NCBI GenBank assembly: GCA_963777605.1 | Contig: CAVZRV010000008.1 | Coordinates: forward strand, 416,001-480,000 | Direction of reading: 5' to 3' | From: an uncultured Acidobacteriota bacterium | GTDB lineage: Bacteria; Acidobacteriota; UBA6911; RPQK01; JAPXNP01 | Length of the DNA: 64,000 bases | Part shown: positions 10,130 to 20,433 of the stretch, one piece after another | Numbering within the stretch: the first letter of the stretch is position 1 | How the letters are laid out: every line of letters starts with the position of its first letter | Notes under the pieces: model-generated | Database searches by the model: none | Seen by the model: the letters and a program-made list of their open reading frames with translations, nothing else | Told to the model about the DNA's origin: nothing | Translations under genes and position numbers: made by a program

Positions 10130-12233
10130 CCTGCTTCTTCCGGGTGCGTCCCCGGCGTTGCTTCCAGCGGCGTTTTGCCAGCTCAGCCAGTGGGGTCTGT
10201 TCGAGTTGTTCAACGAGCGAGTCCCGCTCCTTGAGCAACAATCCGATATGTTCCGTCCTCGCGTTGGCCAGGAACTGGACGTCGTTGAGCGCCCGCGCGC
10301 GGACATCGCTCAGGGAAAGAAGATCCCGGACGACTTCCTGGAACACGGGATTCCCGGTCAGATCGGGGATGTCCCAGCGGCGGTTCCGGCGGGCATTGAG
10401 GATCATGTCGATCTGTCGGGCGATCTCACTCCCCCTCGGCGGCTCACCCCCACCGATATATATAAGGAATATGTACCGGTAGCACGGGGCAACGTGATCT
10501 GCCGGGAAGAGCCGTTCGCTGTAAAGGCGGTTGAACGCCCGGGCGATGTCGGCGGAGCGGCTCCCAAAGAAGAGCGCATTGAGGGTTTGCAGCAGGACCC
10601 AGTTGTCGACGTTGCCGTTGGGCACCTGCCAGCAGGGGAATCCGCGGGCCTGGCAGTGAAGCCGCACCGCCGCCGCGTCGGGCAACCCCAGTTCCCGATG
10701 CTCGTCGAGGAACCCGTGCCCGCGCATGACTCCCGCGGACAGAATCCGTTCCGCCCGTTCCGCTTCCGGTGAATGGAACGGTGCCGCAAGAACAACCCAG
10801 TTCCGCGCCACCCGCTCGAGTTCGTTCAGGAAGGGGTCCCGTTTTGCCGGTGGGATGTGTTCGAGGACATCCAGGGAGACTACGGCCTCGAAGGCCGAGT
10901 CCGGAAAGGGCAAGGCGGTCCCTTCGGATGCCAGGTGGTCGGGATGGTCGCATTGCCGGAAATCGGTCGAGCGAACGAGGCGGGTGCCGGCAGGATCCGA
11001 GAGGAAATCGGCGGAGACAGCCAGGTGCCCGTCCGCGTCGCCGATGTAGCCGCCGACGTCGAGCAGCGACTCTGGTTCCACAATTGAAATCAGCTCCGCA
11101 ACACCCTGGTAGCGTTGATACAGGTCGAAGGGAAGATCCCGGACCAGTTCCTCGCTTGAAATCTGTACCGCCCGGATCCGCACGTCCCGGACGTTGACGT
11201 CGACTCCGCCCGGCGCGAGGTCGAAAAATAGGTGATGTCCTCCGGCGGGAACCGGAACGTTTTCGAGGTGGACCGTATATTCGGTTTGTTCGGAGTTCAG
11301 GATCGCCTGGTGAACGAGCCAGCTGTCGAGGCGGATGCCGAGGGTAGAGAACCCTCCTCGAGTCGTTACGGTGAGGTCGATTTCGCAGGAGAGCGGGCCG
11401 GCGGACTCGTTCAATAGATAGATGGAAGCACCGCTTTCCCGGAGAGGGCGGGCCTTTTCGCTCAGGCCGCCCCAGCCCCAGCGGGGCAGTGTTCGAAGTC
11501 CTTCGCCGGTAGTGAATTCCGCCTCCTCCGAAAAATAGTCGTGTCGAAAACAGGCAACCCGGTCGACCAGGGAACTGTCTGCCCGGCAGGCCAGAAACTG
11601 GAAGTTATACGAGACGACCGAGAACCGGAAGGCGACGAAAAGACCCAGTTCGACGAGACGACTGACCCAGAAAGAAGGCGGACGTTCCGAGAAGTGGGTG
11701 GATTCACTGCGTCCGAAGAAGATCGGGTCGGGCGTGGCGCCGACCAGGAGCCCGTCGGGTGCCAGGACGCGAACGGATTCCTCCAGCCCCAGTAACGGGT
11801 CGGCCAGGTGCTCGAGTACGTCCAGGACCAGGACCACGTCCGCCGTCCCGCTGCGTAAGGGCAGCGAGTGAAGGTCGCATTGCGCAAGATGTCCCTGCAG
11901 TTCGGGTTCCTGGGCCAGCGCGTAACTGCTGATATCGAATCCGTACGCCTGGAATCCGACCGACCGGGCACTGCGGATCGACAACCCGTAGGCGCATCCA
12001 AGGTCGAGTAGTCTGCCTCCCGGATTGACCGCCTGGACCAACTCCAGCCAGGCCTTCCAATCGGGGTGACAATTCCGGTAACCTTCGATGGAGTAGCCAC
12101 TGGTCTCCCCGTGGAAGTAGCCACGATCGTAAAGCCGGTCCACTTCCCGGCAGGAGACCGGGGCAGACGACCGAACATTTGGTGGTTGTTTCATGATCGA
12201 GGCCAACTCCCTATCGTGGACTTTCCAGCCCAT
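10122..12233 (-). CDS. Protein with two class I SAM-dependent methyltransferase domains and C-terminal coiled coil
   Basis: LLDLGCAYG...DVLEHL; second LLDVGG...LPFPDSAFEAVVSLDVLEHI; helical C-terminus. Confidence 0.8.
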   Translation of the reverse strand: MGWKVHDRELASIMKQPPNVRSSAPVSCREVDRLYDRGYFHGETSGYSIEGYRNCHPDWKAWLELVQAVNPGGRLLDLGCAYGLSIRSARSVGFQAYGFDISSYALAQEPELQGHLAQCDLHSLPLRSGTADVVLVLDVLEHLADPLLGLEESVRVLAPDGLLVGATPDPIFFGRSESTHFSERPPSFWVSRLVELGLFVAFRFSVVSYNFQFLACRADSSLVDRVACFRHDYFSEEAEFTTGEGLRTLPRWGWGGLSEKARPLRESGASIYLLNESAGPLSCEIDLTVTTRGGFSTLGIRLDSWLVHQAILNSEQTEYTVHLENVPVPAGGHHLFFDLAPGGVDVNVRDVRIRAVQISSEELVRDLPFDLYQRYQGVAELISIVEPESLLDVGGYIGDADGHLAVSADFLSDPAGTRLVRSTDFRQCDHPDHLASEGTALPFPDSAFEAVVSLDVLEHIPPAKRDPFLNELERVARNWVVLAAPFHSPEAERAERILSAGVMRGHGFLDEHRELGLPDAAAVRLHCQARGFPCWQVPNGNVDNWVLLQTLNALFFGSRSADIARAFNRLYSERLFPADHVAPCYRYIFLIYIGGGEPPRGSEIARQIDMILNARRNRRWDIPDLTGNPVFQEVVRDLLSLSDVRARALNDVQFLANARTEHIGLLLKERDSLVEQLEQTPLAELAKRRWKQRRGRTRKKQDE

Positions 12234-12415
12234 TCTAATGCACCCCGCCGGGAGAAATCAGAGGGACAGAGTCGCTGACCGCACTCGATCAGTCAGAGAC
12301 CAGATTCTATCTGCTGAAAACCTCTCACAAAAAAATTGCGACTTTCTCAGGTGGTCCGCATCTTTTTTCGCCGTAAGTTGGAGTCCAGTGAAGCAGATAT
12401 CTCAGCTAATTGTTC

Positions 12416-12444
12416 TTGCGAGTGGAGTTGAACTTGTGTAAAAT
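12416..12444 (+). promoter_or_regulatory. Putative sigma70 promoter of the S-layer-like gene
   Basis: TTGCGA-17 bp-TAAAAT; RBS AAGGAGGAG at 12549-12557. Confidence 0.5.
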
Positions 12445-12565
12445 TGCCGCGTTGAAGACTACATAACGAGGCAGGGATACGTCTGCATTCATGATTTTTG
12501 GGACTGGTAGAAATGTTGGGTTTTAATTCGAAAGAGAAAACAAAGTTTAAGGAGGAGTTAGCTTC

Positions 12566-14479
12566 ATGAACAAATCCAAACTCTTAATCATTCTGACCGT
12601 GCTGGCGCTGCTGGTAGTGCCTGCGCTGGCCCAGCAGGATCCAAAAGCTGGCTACACAGAATGGCAAACTGCACTTCAGTCGCGGAACATCCCGGCTGGA
12701 ACGGTGAATGATCCTGGATCGCACCTCACCTACATCCTGGATACGGGTGTCAATGCTCGTGACCTGCTGGGTGATGTGTCCCTCGCTACTGCGGCGGCGA
12801 CCCCGTTGGTTGACCTGCAGCCCTGGTTGGACGTTGACCAGGACGGCCAGTTGGACTCCAGTGCCATCATTCAGAACTTTGTTGCCATCAGCAACACGCA
12901 TCCGACGATGGCGGTAACGGTCCACTTCCGTTACTTCAACGACAACTGCGATGACGTACTCGATTTCCTGGTGATCCTCACCTGTAACGACACGCTGCTC
13001 TTCGATCCGTTCAATTTCGTGATTCCGGGCAGCAACGGTGAGAACACCCGCGATCGTATCTTCGGCCCCGCCCGCCCGGGTAAGGTGCTGAGCCCGATCC
13101 CGACGTCGATTTACGGTTCCGGTCGGTTCATCCTGACTGCTGCCGCTTCCGGCGCTTCTTGGGATGCTGACGATCAGGACGCCGAAATCCTGTTCCCCTA
13201 CGAACTGGGACGTGCCCTCGACGGCGAGTGCAACATCAGTTACGACGAGACTTGGGTCGCGGCTAATTGGGCAAATTCGGATATCGACGATACTCTGTCC
13301 GGATGGGATCCGAACGTCGGCACCTCTCCTGGCCTGGAAGACGACAATTTGCACGTGTTCAACGCGACGCAGATTTCCTTCAACTTCCTGATCGGCCATC
13401 AGACCTATGCGGTTCCGTACAACCAGGTTTACCAGGCTGGCGGAATCAACGCTTGGGCGCGTCCGGCAATCTGGCGCGGTGAGCCGGGAACTGTAGACGC
13501 GAATCAGGGCAGCATTGGCGCAGCCTATGACGCGGGTGCGTTCGGCGGCGCAGTCAATGTGGCGCAGCAGGCGTATCAGGGCGACGGTGACGGCGACTTC
13601 GCCAACACCGGTTGGCTGGTCCTCGGTGGCGAACTTGGCTGGACCTCAGTCGAAACCCGGCAACGGACGGCTGTTGGTTCCATCGACGGAGCCCCGATCT
13701 TCCTGCGCAGCGAACTGCACGGCGGCGATATCCGTTCCATCAATGGCGCGGTGACGCAGTACGGCGGCGCCTCTTTGTACGGCGCCCAGGGGACTTCTCC
13801 CTTCTTCCCGGTTGCTCCGACCGACATCATCCAGCACTTTGTATCGGTGACGGATGACTACAACGGCAGCAACAACGCGGGTGTGACGGGCTTCCCCGAT
13901 CATTCGTCGAACATTTCGGCTGCTGCGACCACCTACGTGTTGCAGATCTACGACAACAACGAAGACATCCTCGAGATCATCGGCGAACCGCCGCTGAACG
14001 TGTCCCCGCCGGTACCCGGCAAGACCGTTGAGCTGAAGATGGTCTGTCTGTGTCTGCGTACCTTCCTGACCACCACGATCGCGCCTGGAACCAACGTTGA
14101 CGACGTGACCATCGCTGAGATGGCCGACATCTTCGGCAACGAGGTCCTGGACGGTCTGGGTGATTTCGACGGTCTGCTGGTTCCGGTTGCCCCGGATCTG
14201 TCCGGTGGCTGGATCCGCTACGTCCGTGACAACACGAACACGGTCACTCTGACGCCAACGGAAGCTGCGGATGTGGGCTTCACCATCTCTGGTAACGCTC
14301 ATGGTCCCGGCACCGCGACCTTCGACGTGACGAAGCTGGCTGATTCGGATGTTTATGGTCCTTCCTTTATGACCATCTCGAACATCTTCACGAAGCAGGC
14401 CGGGTTCGGCGTGTTGTGGTACAACTTTGCTGTTCCCTCCGATGCGGTAGTTTCGGAGACCGGCGATCCCGTACCGTAA
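12566..14479 (+). CDS. Abundant secreted surface protein, candidate S-layer protein
   Basis: Sec signal (VPALA/QQ), acidic, Gly/Ala/Asp/Thr-rich, strong AAC/TTC/ATC/TAC codon bias, strong RBS, own terminator, DVDQDGQLD Ca-binding-like motif. Confidence 0.65.
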   Translation: MNKSKLLIILTVLALLVVPALAQQDPKAGYTEWQTALQSRNIPAGTVNDPGSHLTYILDTGVNARDLLGDVSLATAAATPLVDLQPWLDVDQDGQLDSSAIIQNFVAISNTHPTMAVTVHFRYFNDNCDDVLDFLVILTCNDTLLFDPFNFVIPGSNGENTRDRIFGPARPGKVLSPIPTSIYGSGRFILTAAASGASWDADDQDAEILFPYELGRALDGECNISYDETWVAANWANSDIDDTLSGWDPNVGTSPGLEDDNLHVFNATQISFNFLIGHQTYAVPYNQVYQAGGINAWARPAIWRGEPGTVDANQGSIGAAYDAGAFGGAVNVAQQAYQGDGDGDFANTGWLVLGGELGWTSVETRQRTAVGSIDGAPIFLRSELHGGDIRSINGAVTQYGGASLYGAQGTSPFFPVAPTDIIQHFVSVTDDYNGSNNAGVTGFPDHSSNISAAATTYVLQIYDNNEDILEIIGEPPLNVSPPVPGKTVELKMVCLCLRTFLTTTIAPGTNVDDVTIAEMADIFGNEVLDGLGDFDGLLVPVAPDLSGGWIRYVRDNTNTVTLTPTEAADVGFTISGNAHGPGTATFDVTKLADSDVYGPSFMTISNIFTKQAGFGVLWYNFAVPSDAVVSETGDPVP

Positions 14480-14527
14480 ACCTGAATTCATCTCACGGCC
14501 CCTGGCCGCGGGGTGATGACTAGAATA

Positions 14528-14568
14528 GGGAAGGGGGAGACTCTTGAGTCTTCCTCTTCCCTTTTTTT
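14528..14568 (+). terminator. Rho-independent terminator
   Basis: gggaagggggagactc-tt-gagtcttcctcttccc followed by T7. Confidence 0.85.
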
Positions 14569-14577
14569 GTATGAACT

Positions 14578-16017
14578 GTGATGAATCTCAAGTGGTTATT
14601 CATTCTGGTTGGTGTACTCTCGGTTAGTGGCTGGTCCCATTCCTTCCCCGCGCCGGCGAATTCTGCCGGACAGTTGGTGGAAATGGGCTCGTGGAAAGCG
14701 AACCCGAGCGGTATCGACCTGCCGCTCTCCCCTGGTGATCTCAGTGGCCAGGTGGTGGAAGATCAGGCCGGACGGTTGATCGTGGCATTCTCAGGTGTAG
14801 AGAGTGGCGAGAAGATTGCGAGGATTTATGTCAGGTCCCAGGATAAAGAGTCCCGCGAGTGGCAGGACCTGGCGACTTTCGGAGACGGGAAACGGAGTGG
14901 TGTATTGCCAAGGTTAACGTTGGCGTCCGGCACTCTGGATGTGACCTGGAGGACTCTCGGTAACCGGAAGTCCGCTGGGAGCGTTGGACATGCCTTCAGC
15001 CGGGATGGAGGGGCGGCCTGGACTGCCAGGGAATTTCCGGGCGGGTGGTCGGTGTCTCGTCCCGAGGTCTGCTATGACTCGCAAGGAAATCGCTACCTCG
15101 CCTTTTCTGAGGCTCCGGCAAGGGGAACGGCCGAGCAGATCAGGCTGTTCACTTCGGGTGGATCTCGGGCTGAGGGCGACTGGAACGAGTCGCCGATTTC
15201 CTCGACTCCAGCGGGATTGCCGGGGCACAGCCCCCAGCTTTGGGCGGACGCCGCGCGTGGGGTTCGGCTGACCTACCTGGATGCATCGAAGGGGCGGACA
15301 GGTGTGATGTTCTCGCGGGTCGATGAAGAGACTGGAGACTGGGTAGAGCCCGTTCTGGTGAGTGACCCGAAGATGGGCCCGGCGACTGACCCGATCCTGG
15401 AAAGTGTCGGGAAATCCCTGTTCGTCCTTTGGACGGTCCGCTCTCTTCACGAGCGGACGGTTGGGCTGACGCATTCGGAGGACGGCGGCGAGACCTGGGC
15501 TCCGTCGGTGACGTTGATTCAGAACCGGGTTGAAGAATTTCAACCCTGCCTGGTCAAGGATGAAAGCAGCCTGTTTTTCTACTGGTTGCAGAGTTTTGGG
15601 CCCTCACATTTGCGGAAGTATACGATTTGGAGAAAACAGATATCGGCGGTCAATGCTAGAATTGGTCCCGATGAACTCCTGAAGGACACCCGGAGCGAGC
15701 TTCGCTCAATCTCCGTAGCGCACTTTGGGAGTCGTGTAGTTATGTCGACGGTTGAAAGTGATAGGACAGGTGCTAAACCTTTGCTATTGGTCGCGACAGA
15801 GGGGTCGGGGGAGTTCTCTGAAGCGTGGCGTGGTGCTGCCGACGTGCAGGGTGACTATCCGATGATGGGGCTGGTTCGGGGAATGCCGAATCTTGTCCTC
15901 GTATATCGGGAGTCCCCGCTGGCCGCAGTGCAGCCAGGCTTGGGCGCGCAGAAAGGCGACTTTCGAATCGTGGAGTTCAACTCTGCGAATTCGAGGGTCC
16001 GAAGGAGAATAAGATGA
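14578..16017 (+). CDS. Secreted BNR/Asp-box (sialidase-like beta-propeller) protein
   Basis: Signal peptide; Asp-boxes SRDGGAAW and SEDGGETW. Confidence 0.7.
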   Translation: MMNLKWLFILVGVLSVSGWSHSFPAPANSAGQLVEMGSWKANPSGIDLPLSPGDLSGQVVEDQAGRLIVAFSGVESGEKIARIYVRSQDKESREWQDLATFGDGKRSGVLPRLTLASGTLDVTWRTLGNRKSAGSVGHAFSRDGGAAWTAREFPGGWSVSRPEVCYDSQGNRYLAFSEAPARGTAEQIRLFTSGGSRAEGDWNESPISSTPAGLPGHSPQLWADAARGVRLTYLDASKGRTGVMFSRVDEETGDWVEPVLVSDPKMGPATDPILESVGKSLFVLWTVRSLHERTVGLTHSEDGGETWAPSVTLIQNRVEEFQPCLVKDESSLFFYWLQSFGPSHLRKYTIWRKQISAVNARIGPDELLKDTRSELRSISVAHFGSRVVMSTVESDRTGAKPLLLVATEGSGEFSEAWRGAADVQGDYPMMGLVRGMPNLVLVYRESPLAAVQPGLGAQKGDFRIVEFNSANSRVRRRIR

Positions 16018-19000
16018 GAACCTACCGTCTCCTATTAGGAGCAGCGGCGTTTTTCCTTGGTTTCGCGGGAGTTGCTCTTGGGCAAACCAGTGGTACGCCC
16101 CGGATCGACGATGTCCTGGTTCCGAGCTCGGGTCGCGTGATGGATGAACTCACGATGACCGTTGTCCCGAACTCGGCGGACGCTGCGCTCGGGTTGGACT
16201 ACCAGTGGAGCATCGTTGAGACTCCGTCGGTGCTTAACCCGCTCCTTGTGAGCGCCACTTCGCGAAAGTCCTTCCTGCAGCTTTATTGGGTCTCAGCGCA
16301 GACGGCGGGCCAGGCTGTCGGGGAGAGCGTTATTGTGAAGGTCGTGGTGACCTTCTCGGATCCCGCCAACGGAGAGACTCCCTTCGAGGAGCAGTTCACG
16401 ATCCCGATCACGGCAGTGAATCATCCTCCGACCGCGGTAGTCGCCGGGAACCTTGGTTCAACGACGTCCCGAATTCCGTCGGGCCAGTCGGTCCAGGCGA
16501 ACAGTTTCCAGTCGACTGACCCGGACGGCGATTCTTTCCGTTCCGACTGGGAATGGGGCACAACCCGGGGCGGAAGGTACATCAGAACTCCTGTTCTATT
16601 CGGAAGTGAAGGCGCGATCGTTTCATTCACGGTCACCGACATGACCGCGAATATCGACCAGGACATCACCCTTCACCTGACTGACGGTCTTCACCGCGTC
16701 AGCAAGACGGCGGTGGCGTACCTGACGCCCAACTCAGCTCCGCCGCCGACCGGCGGCAATACCGCTCCCAGCCTGACGCTGGCGAGCAGTTCGGTTTCGG
16801 TGACCCAGGGACAGAGTGTCAATGTGACGGCCACATCGGTCGACTCCAATGGCGATACACTGGGATTCACGTGGCTGTTCAACTCGACGACGGTGAGTTC
16901 CCAGTACATCAGTACGATCAAGACGGGTACGACGACTTACCAGTCAACATTGACCTATCCAACTTCCGGCCTCTCGCCCGGTTCGTACAGCTTCAGTGTT
17001 CAGACGTTTGAGACTTCCACCGCGGACAAATTTGGTTCCCCAAAGCGCTTCCTGACGGTGATCGTCAATTCCAGCGGCAGTGGCGGCGAACCCGGCTTCT
17101 TCGAGGAGACCAGAAACACTTGTCAGACTAATAGTGGGCCGCGCCTGATCAGCATTGCACCAGATCCGCGGCAGGGTGAGATTATTCTCTCAGGTGGACA
17201 GACTGCGAACGTTGAGTTGCTGTTTCAGGACACTTCCGAGCAAAGCAACCAATATGGGACTCAGACGGGAATCGCTTCTGGAAGTTGGAACCTTAGTCAA
17301 TTGGAGCAGAAAGGAATTACTCCGACTGCGAGCGACCCTCTTCTTATGGCCGATCGGACGCAGGCCCGCATGACCCTGTCGTTCCAGACTCCGTCGGGAC
17401 TTGCAGGTGATGCGAAGGCCTACCTGACTGTCACTGACGTTTTGGGGTGCTCGAGCACCGTCGGTTTCGGTTTGAACTTCGCCGGGACTTCATCCAATGC
17501 GGCTCCAACAGCCAAGATCCGCTACGATCACAACGGGGACTCGATTTTCTCCGGGCCCTTTCCTTCTGGGCACAGCGTCTCCACGAGCAACCGGTCCATT
17601 CCGCTCGATGCCAGCCAGAGCACTGATGACGGCGGACTCGAGCAGTTGAGCTTCAGCTGGACTGTCACGGGAATCACCGGCGCCAGTCTCTCATCGAACA
17701 GTGGAAGCACCACTACTTTGTTGATTCCTGACGAAGCTACCGGGACGGCAACGGTATCGTTGACTGCGACCGACAGCGGTTCGCTGTCGGGATCTTCAAC
17801 GCTCCAGTTTGAAGTGGTGGCTTCCGGTTCAAGCCCTACCGCGAAAATTCTTTACGATGAGGAGGGAAACGGCACCTACTCGGGACCCTTCTCGAGCGGG
17901 CACACTGTCACGACCTCCCGGCGCACCATCGCCCTTGATGCCGGTACGAGCGAAGACGATGGTGGAGTGGAGAACCTGACCTATGCCTGGTCGCTGAGCG
18001 GAATGAATGGCGTCTCGCTGAGTTCCACGTCGGCCGCGCAGACGACGTTGACCGTTCCGGGAGGGACCATCGGTACCGCAACGGTGTCCCTCACGGTCAC
18101 AAATGCCCAGAGTCTGACCGACACCACCACGATCCTGTTCAACTACACCAGCGCGGGTGACCCGCCAACGGCGGAAATCACCCAGGTCCCTGAATTTGTG
18201 ACCGTAGGAGAGGAATTCCAGGTCGAAGGAACCGGCGAAACCGGCGGAGGGAGCGGGACCTACACCTATTACTGGGAAGCCAGTTGCTGTGGAATGTCGG
18301 CAGTCCAACTTTTCCAGTCGGGCAACCAGGCGCGGATGACGCCGCCCAGCCTGCCGGCCGATACCGAAGAAGCAACGCTTCAATTGAAGCTCACTGTTTA
18401 CGAAGACGGGCTGCAGTCAGATCCCGTCACCCAGGAGATCCCGATTCGGCGTCCTGAGCTCTTCTTTGCTCAACTGGCCGTGGGCCCGATCAACGAGACC
18501 GAGCGCTTCGAGACTTCGATCGTCCTGATCAACAATAATGACACGGCGGCGCAGGGAAAGATCACCTTCCTCAACAACGACCAGGGTGCCGATTGGACCG
18601 TCACCATGGATGGTGAACAGGTGAGCGATTCAACCTTCGAGTTGCCGGCGGGAGGTGCCCAGGAGTTTCTTCTCACGGGAGAAGAGATCGGAATCGGATG
18701 GATGAAGCTCTCGTCGAATGTCCAGCTGACCGGTCACCTCTTTTACCGGGTCGTCCAGGACGGGACCCAGACCAGCGAGAAAACGGTGATCTCCGAAGTG
18801 CCGATTCTTCCGGTCGTTGGCAATAACTTCAGGACGGCTCTTGGTCCGGGCACCAACGACAGTGTTGCCCTGGCCATTGTCAACGTCGGAGACAGCCCGG
18901 CCGAGTTTACGATTACGGCGCGTCAGAACGTGGGCGCGGAGATCAGTACATCTCCGATCGAATTGGCGCCGGAGCAACATCTGGCACAGTTCCTCAACGA

Positions 19001-19160
19001 GCTTCTGGCCGACAACGATGCCCCTCCGCTTTGGTCTGGTTTCAAAGGGGGAACCCTGATCGTGAAATCGGTCGATCCCGCGGCCAAGTTCGTCGCCACG
19101 ATTATCAAAACCAGGGATGGACTGCCATTGTCGATCCTCCCGGTTGCGGTTACCAAATAG
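16014..19160 (+). CDS. Large secreted Ser/Thr-rich PKD/Ig-like repeat surface protein
   Basis: Signal peptide; NHPPTA...STDPDGD...W; two LDA..S.DDGG...L..W repeats; C-terminal domain ending GLPLSILPV. Confidence 0.8.
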   Translation: MRTYRLLLGAAAFFLGFAGVALGQTSGTPRIDDVLVPSSGRVMDELTMTVVPNSADAALGLDYQWSIVETPSVLNPLLVSATSRKSFLQLYWVSAQTAGQAVGESVIVKVVVTFSDPANGETPFEEQFTIPITAVNHPPTAVVAGNLGSTTSRIPSGQSVQANSFQSTDPDGDSFRSDWEWGTTRGGRYIRTPVLFGSEGAIVSFTVTDMTANIDQDITLHLTDGLHRVSKTAVAYLTPNSAPPPTGGNTAPSLTLASSSVSVTQGQSVNVTATSVDSNGDTLGFTWLFNSTTVSSQYISTIKTGTTTYQSTLTYPTSGLSPGSYSFSVQTFETSTADKFGSPKRFLTVIVNSSGSGGEPGFFEETRNTCQTNSGPRLISIAPDPRQGEIILSGGQTANVELLFQDTSEQSNQYGTQTGIASGSWNLSQLEQKGITPTASDPLLMADRTQARMTLSFQTPSGLAGDAKAYLTVTDVLGCSSTVGFGLNFAGTSSNAAPTAKIRYDHNGDSIFSGPFPSGHSVSTSNRSIPLDASQSTDDGGLEQLSFSWTVTGITGASLSSNSGSTTTLLIPDEATGTATVSLTATDSGSLSGSSTLQFEVVASGSSPTAKILYDEEGNGTYSGPFSSGHTVTTSRRTIALDAGTSEDDGGVENLTYAWSLSGMNGVSLSSTSAAQTTLTVPGGTIGTATVSLTVTNAQSLTDTTTILFNYTSAGDPPTAEITQVPEFVTVGEEFQVEGTGETGGGSGTYTYYWEASCCGMSAVQLFQSGNQARMTPPSLPADTEEATLQLKLTVYEDGLQSDPVTQEIPIRRPELFFAQLAVGPINETERFETSIVLINNNDTAAQGKITFLNNDQGADWTVTMDGEQVSDSTFELPAGGAQEFLLTGEEIGIGWMKLSSNVQLTGHLFYRVVQDGTQTSEKTVISEVPILPVVGNNFRTALGPGTNDSVALAIVNVGDSPAEFTITARQNVGAEISTSPIELAPEQHLAQFLNELLADNDAPPLWSGFKGGTLIVKSVDPAAKFVATIIKTRDGLPLSILPVAVTK

Positions 19161-19172
19161 AGGACATCACTG

Positions 19173-20429
19173 TTGAGACAGCTCTTTTGTTCCCCTTTGC
19201 GCCTCACTGCGCTGACTATTGTCTTGATGTTTGCGTCGATCGGCGGCCTGCAGGCCGCCGATGACAGCCCGTGCAAGGCCTGGGCCGGAGTCTGGCACGT
19301 CGTCCCCTCTGTTCCGGGGGAAGGCCAGGCGATCCACTTGTCTATTTCCACGGCGGAGAAGCCGCTGCGAGTCCTCCATTTTGGCTATGACTTCACGACC
19401 GTGCACGAGGGCGAGGCTGTGAAGTGTGACGCGACCAATCTGAGTTTCGACTCGCTCCCGATGGGCAAGGCTTTCCACCTCTCCCTGAAACGCGACGGAG
19501 ACAAGGTGACCGGGGAGATGTCGGTAGTGCACCCCCAGTTCAAGAAGTCATACGGGCGGATTGGGCACCGGGTCACAACCCAGGAAGACTGGGACCCCAT
19601 CAAGGGGGTCTCGAAGAGCGCCGACGATCTCGGGTTGATCAACCTCACCACGAAGTTAATCGACGAGGCCCCCCTGGATTCGCTGGATAAGTTTGAGTCG
19701 TATTGGGCCTCCAAGATCGAACCGGAATACTACTCGGTCGTCCAGGACGTCATTTACGGCCCGGACGGCGATCTCAAGGAGCGCCACCAGAAGCTCGCTG
19801 TGATGCTGGACAAACTGACGCAGAAAGACTTCCAGTCTCAGGTTCGGGAAATGGCGAAGCTCCAGAAGGAAGTCGTCGAGGAAGTCAAGAAGAAGGCGCC
19901 CGACCTCTATTTCCCGAATGTCTTCCTATCCATGCCATCGCTCGGTGACTTTGAAACTTCGGTCCTCTCGATCCCGGGAGCGATCCTGGTCCGAATCGGC
20001 TCAGACTCGGTTACACTCCGCGGAGCCGATCTGAAGGCATGGTTGGCCCAGCAGCACCTGACGATCCCTCTGTACAAGGCGTTTCCGCCGATCGATCAGA
20101 GCCTGGTCGCCCGGACTATCAGGCAAGGGCTGGCGATCCGCTTCGCGGTTGACAAGGGATTTGCCGAGTACCCCATGCAAGTCCTCGGCAAGCCGAAGCC
20201 GGAGAAGGGCTCGGACGGGATCTCAGTGCCGATCGAGCTGAAGAAGCTGTTTGTGGCCGGCATACGCAATCCCGTCTTCGCCCGCAAGATCACGGATGAA
20301 CAGGTAATCCAGGTCGGGTATGATTTCGCCCGGCAGATGACCACCGCGTATTCTGTTCCCGAGATCCTTGCCCTGGACCGGGGCAACATGTCGGAACGAC
20401 TCTGGAGCTACCTCACCGCCGTCCAGTAG
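19173..20429 (+). CDS. Secreted hypothetical protein
   Basis: 418-aa ORF with signal peptide, directly downstream in the same operon; no recognisable motif. Confidence 0.7.
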   Translation: MRQLFCSPLRLTALTIVLMFASIGGLQAADDSPCKAWAGVWHVVPSVPGEGQAIHLSISTAEKPLRVLHFGYDFTTVHEGEAVKCDATNLSFDSLPMGKAFHLSLKRDGDKVTGEMSVVHPQFKKSYGRIGHRVTTQEDWDPIKGVSKSADDLGLINLTTKLIDEAPLDSLDKFESYWASKIEPEYYSVVQDVIYGPDGDLKERHQKLAVMLDKLTQKDFQSQVREMAKLQKEVVEEVKKKAPDLYFPNVFLSMPSLGDFETSVLSIPGAILVRIGSDSVTLRGADLKAWLAQQHLTIPLYKAFPPIDQSLVARTIRQGLAIRFAVDKGFAEYPMQVLGKPKPEKGSDGISVPIELKKLFVAGIRNPVFARKITDEQVIQVGYDFARQMTTAYSVPEILALDRGNMSERLWSYLTAVQ

Positions 20430-20433
20430 CGAT

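Noticed and set aside
12584-14491. Long antisense ORFs (271 and 281 aa) over the S-layer-like gene
   Set aside because: Expected from strong RNY codon bias; no motifs or RBS
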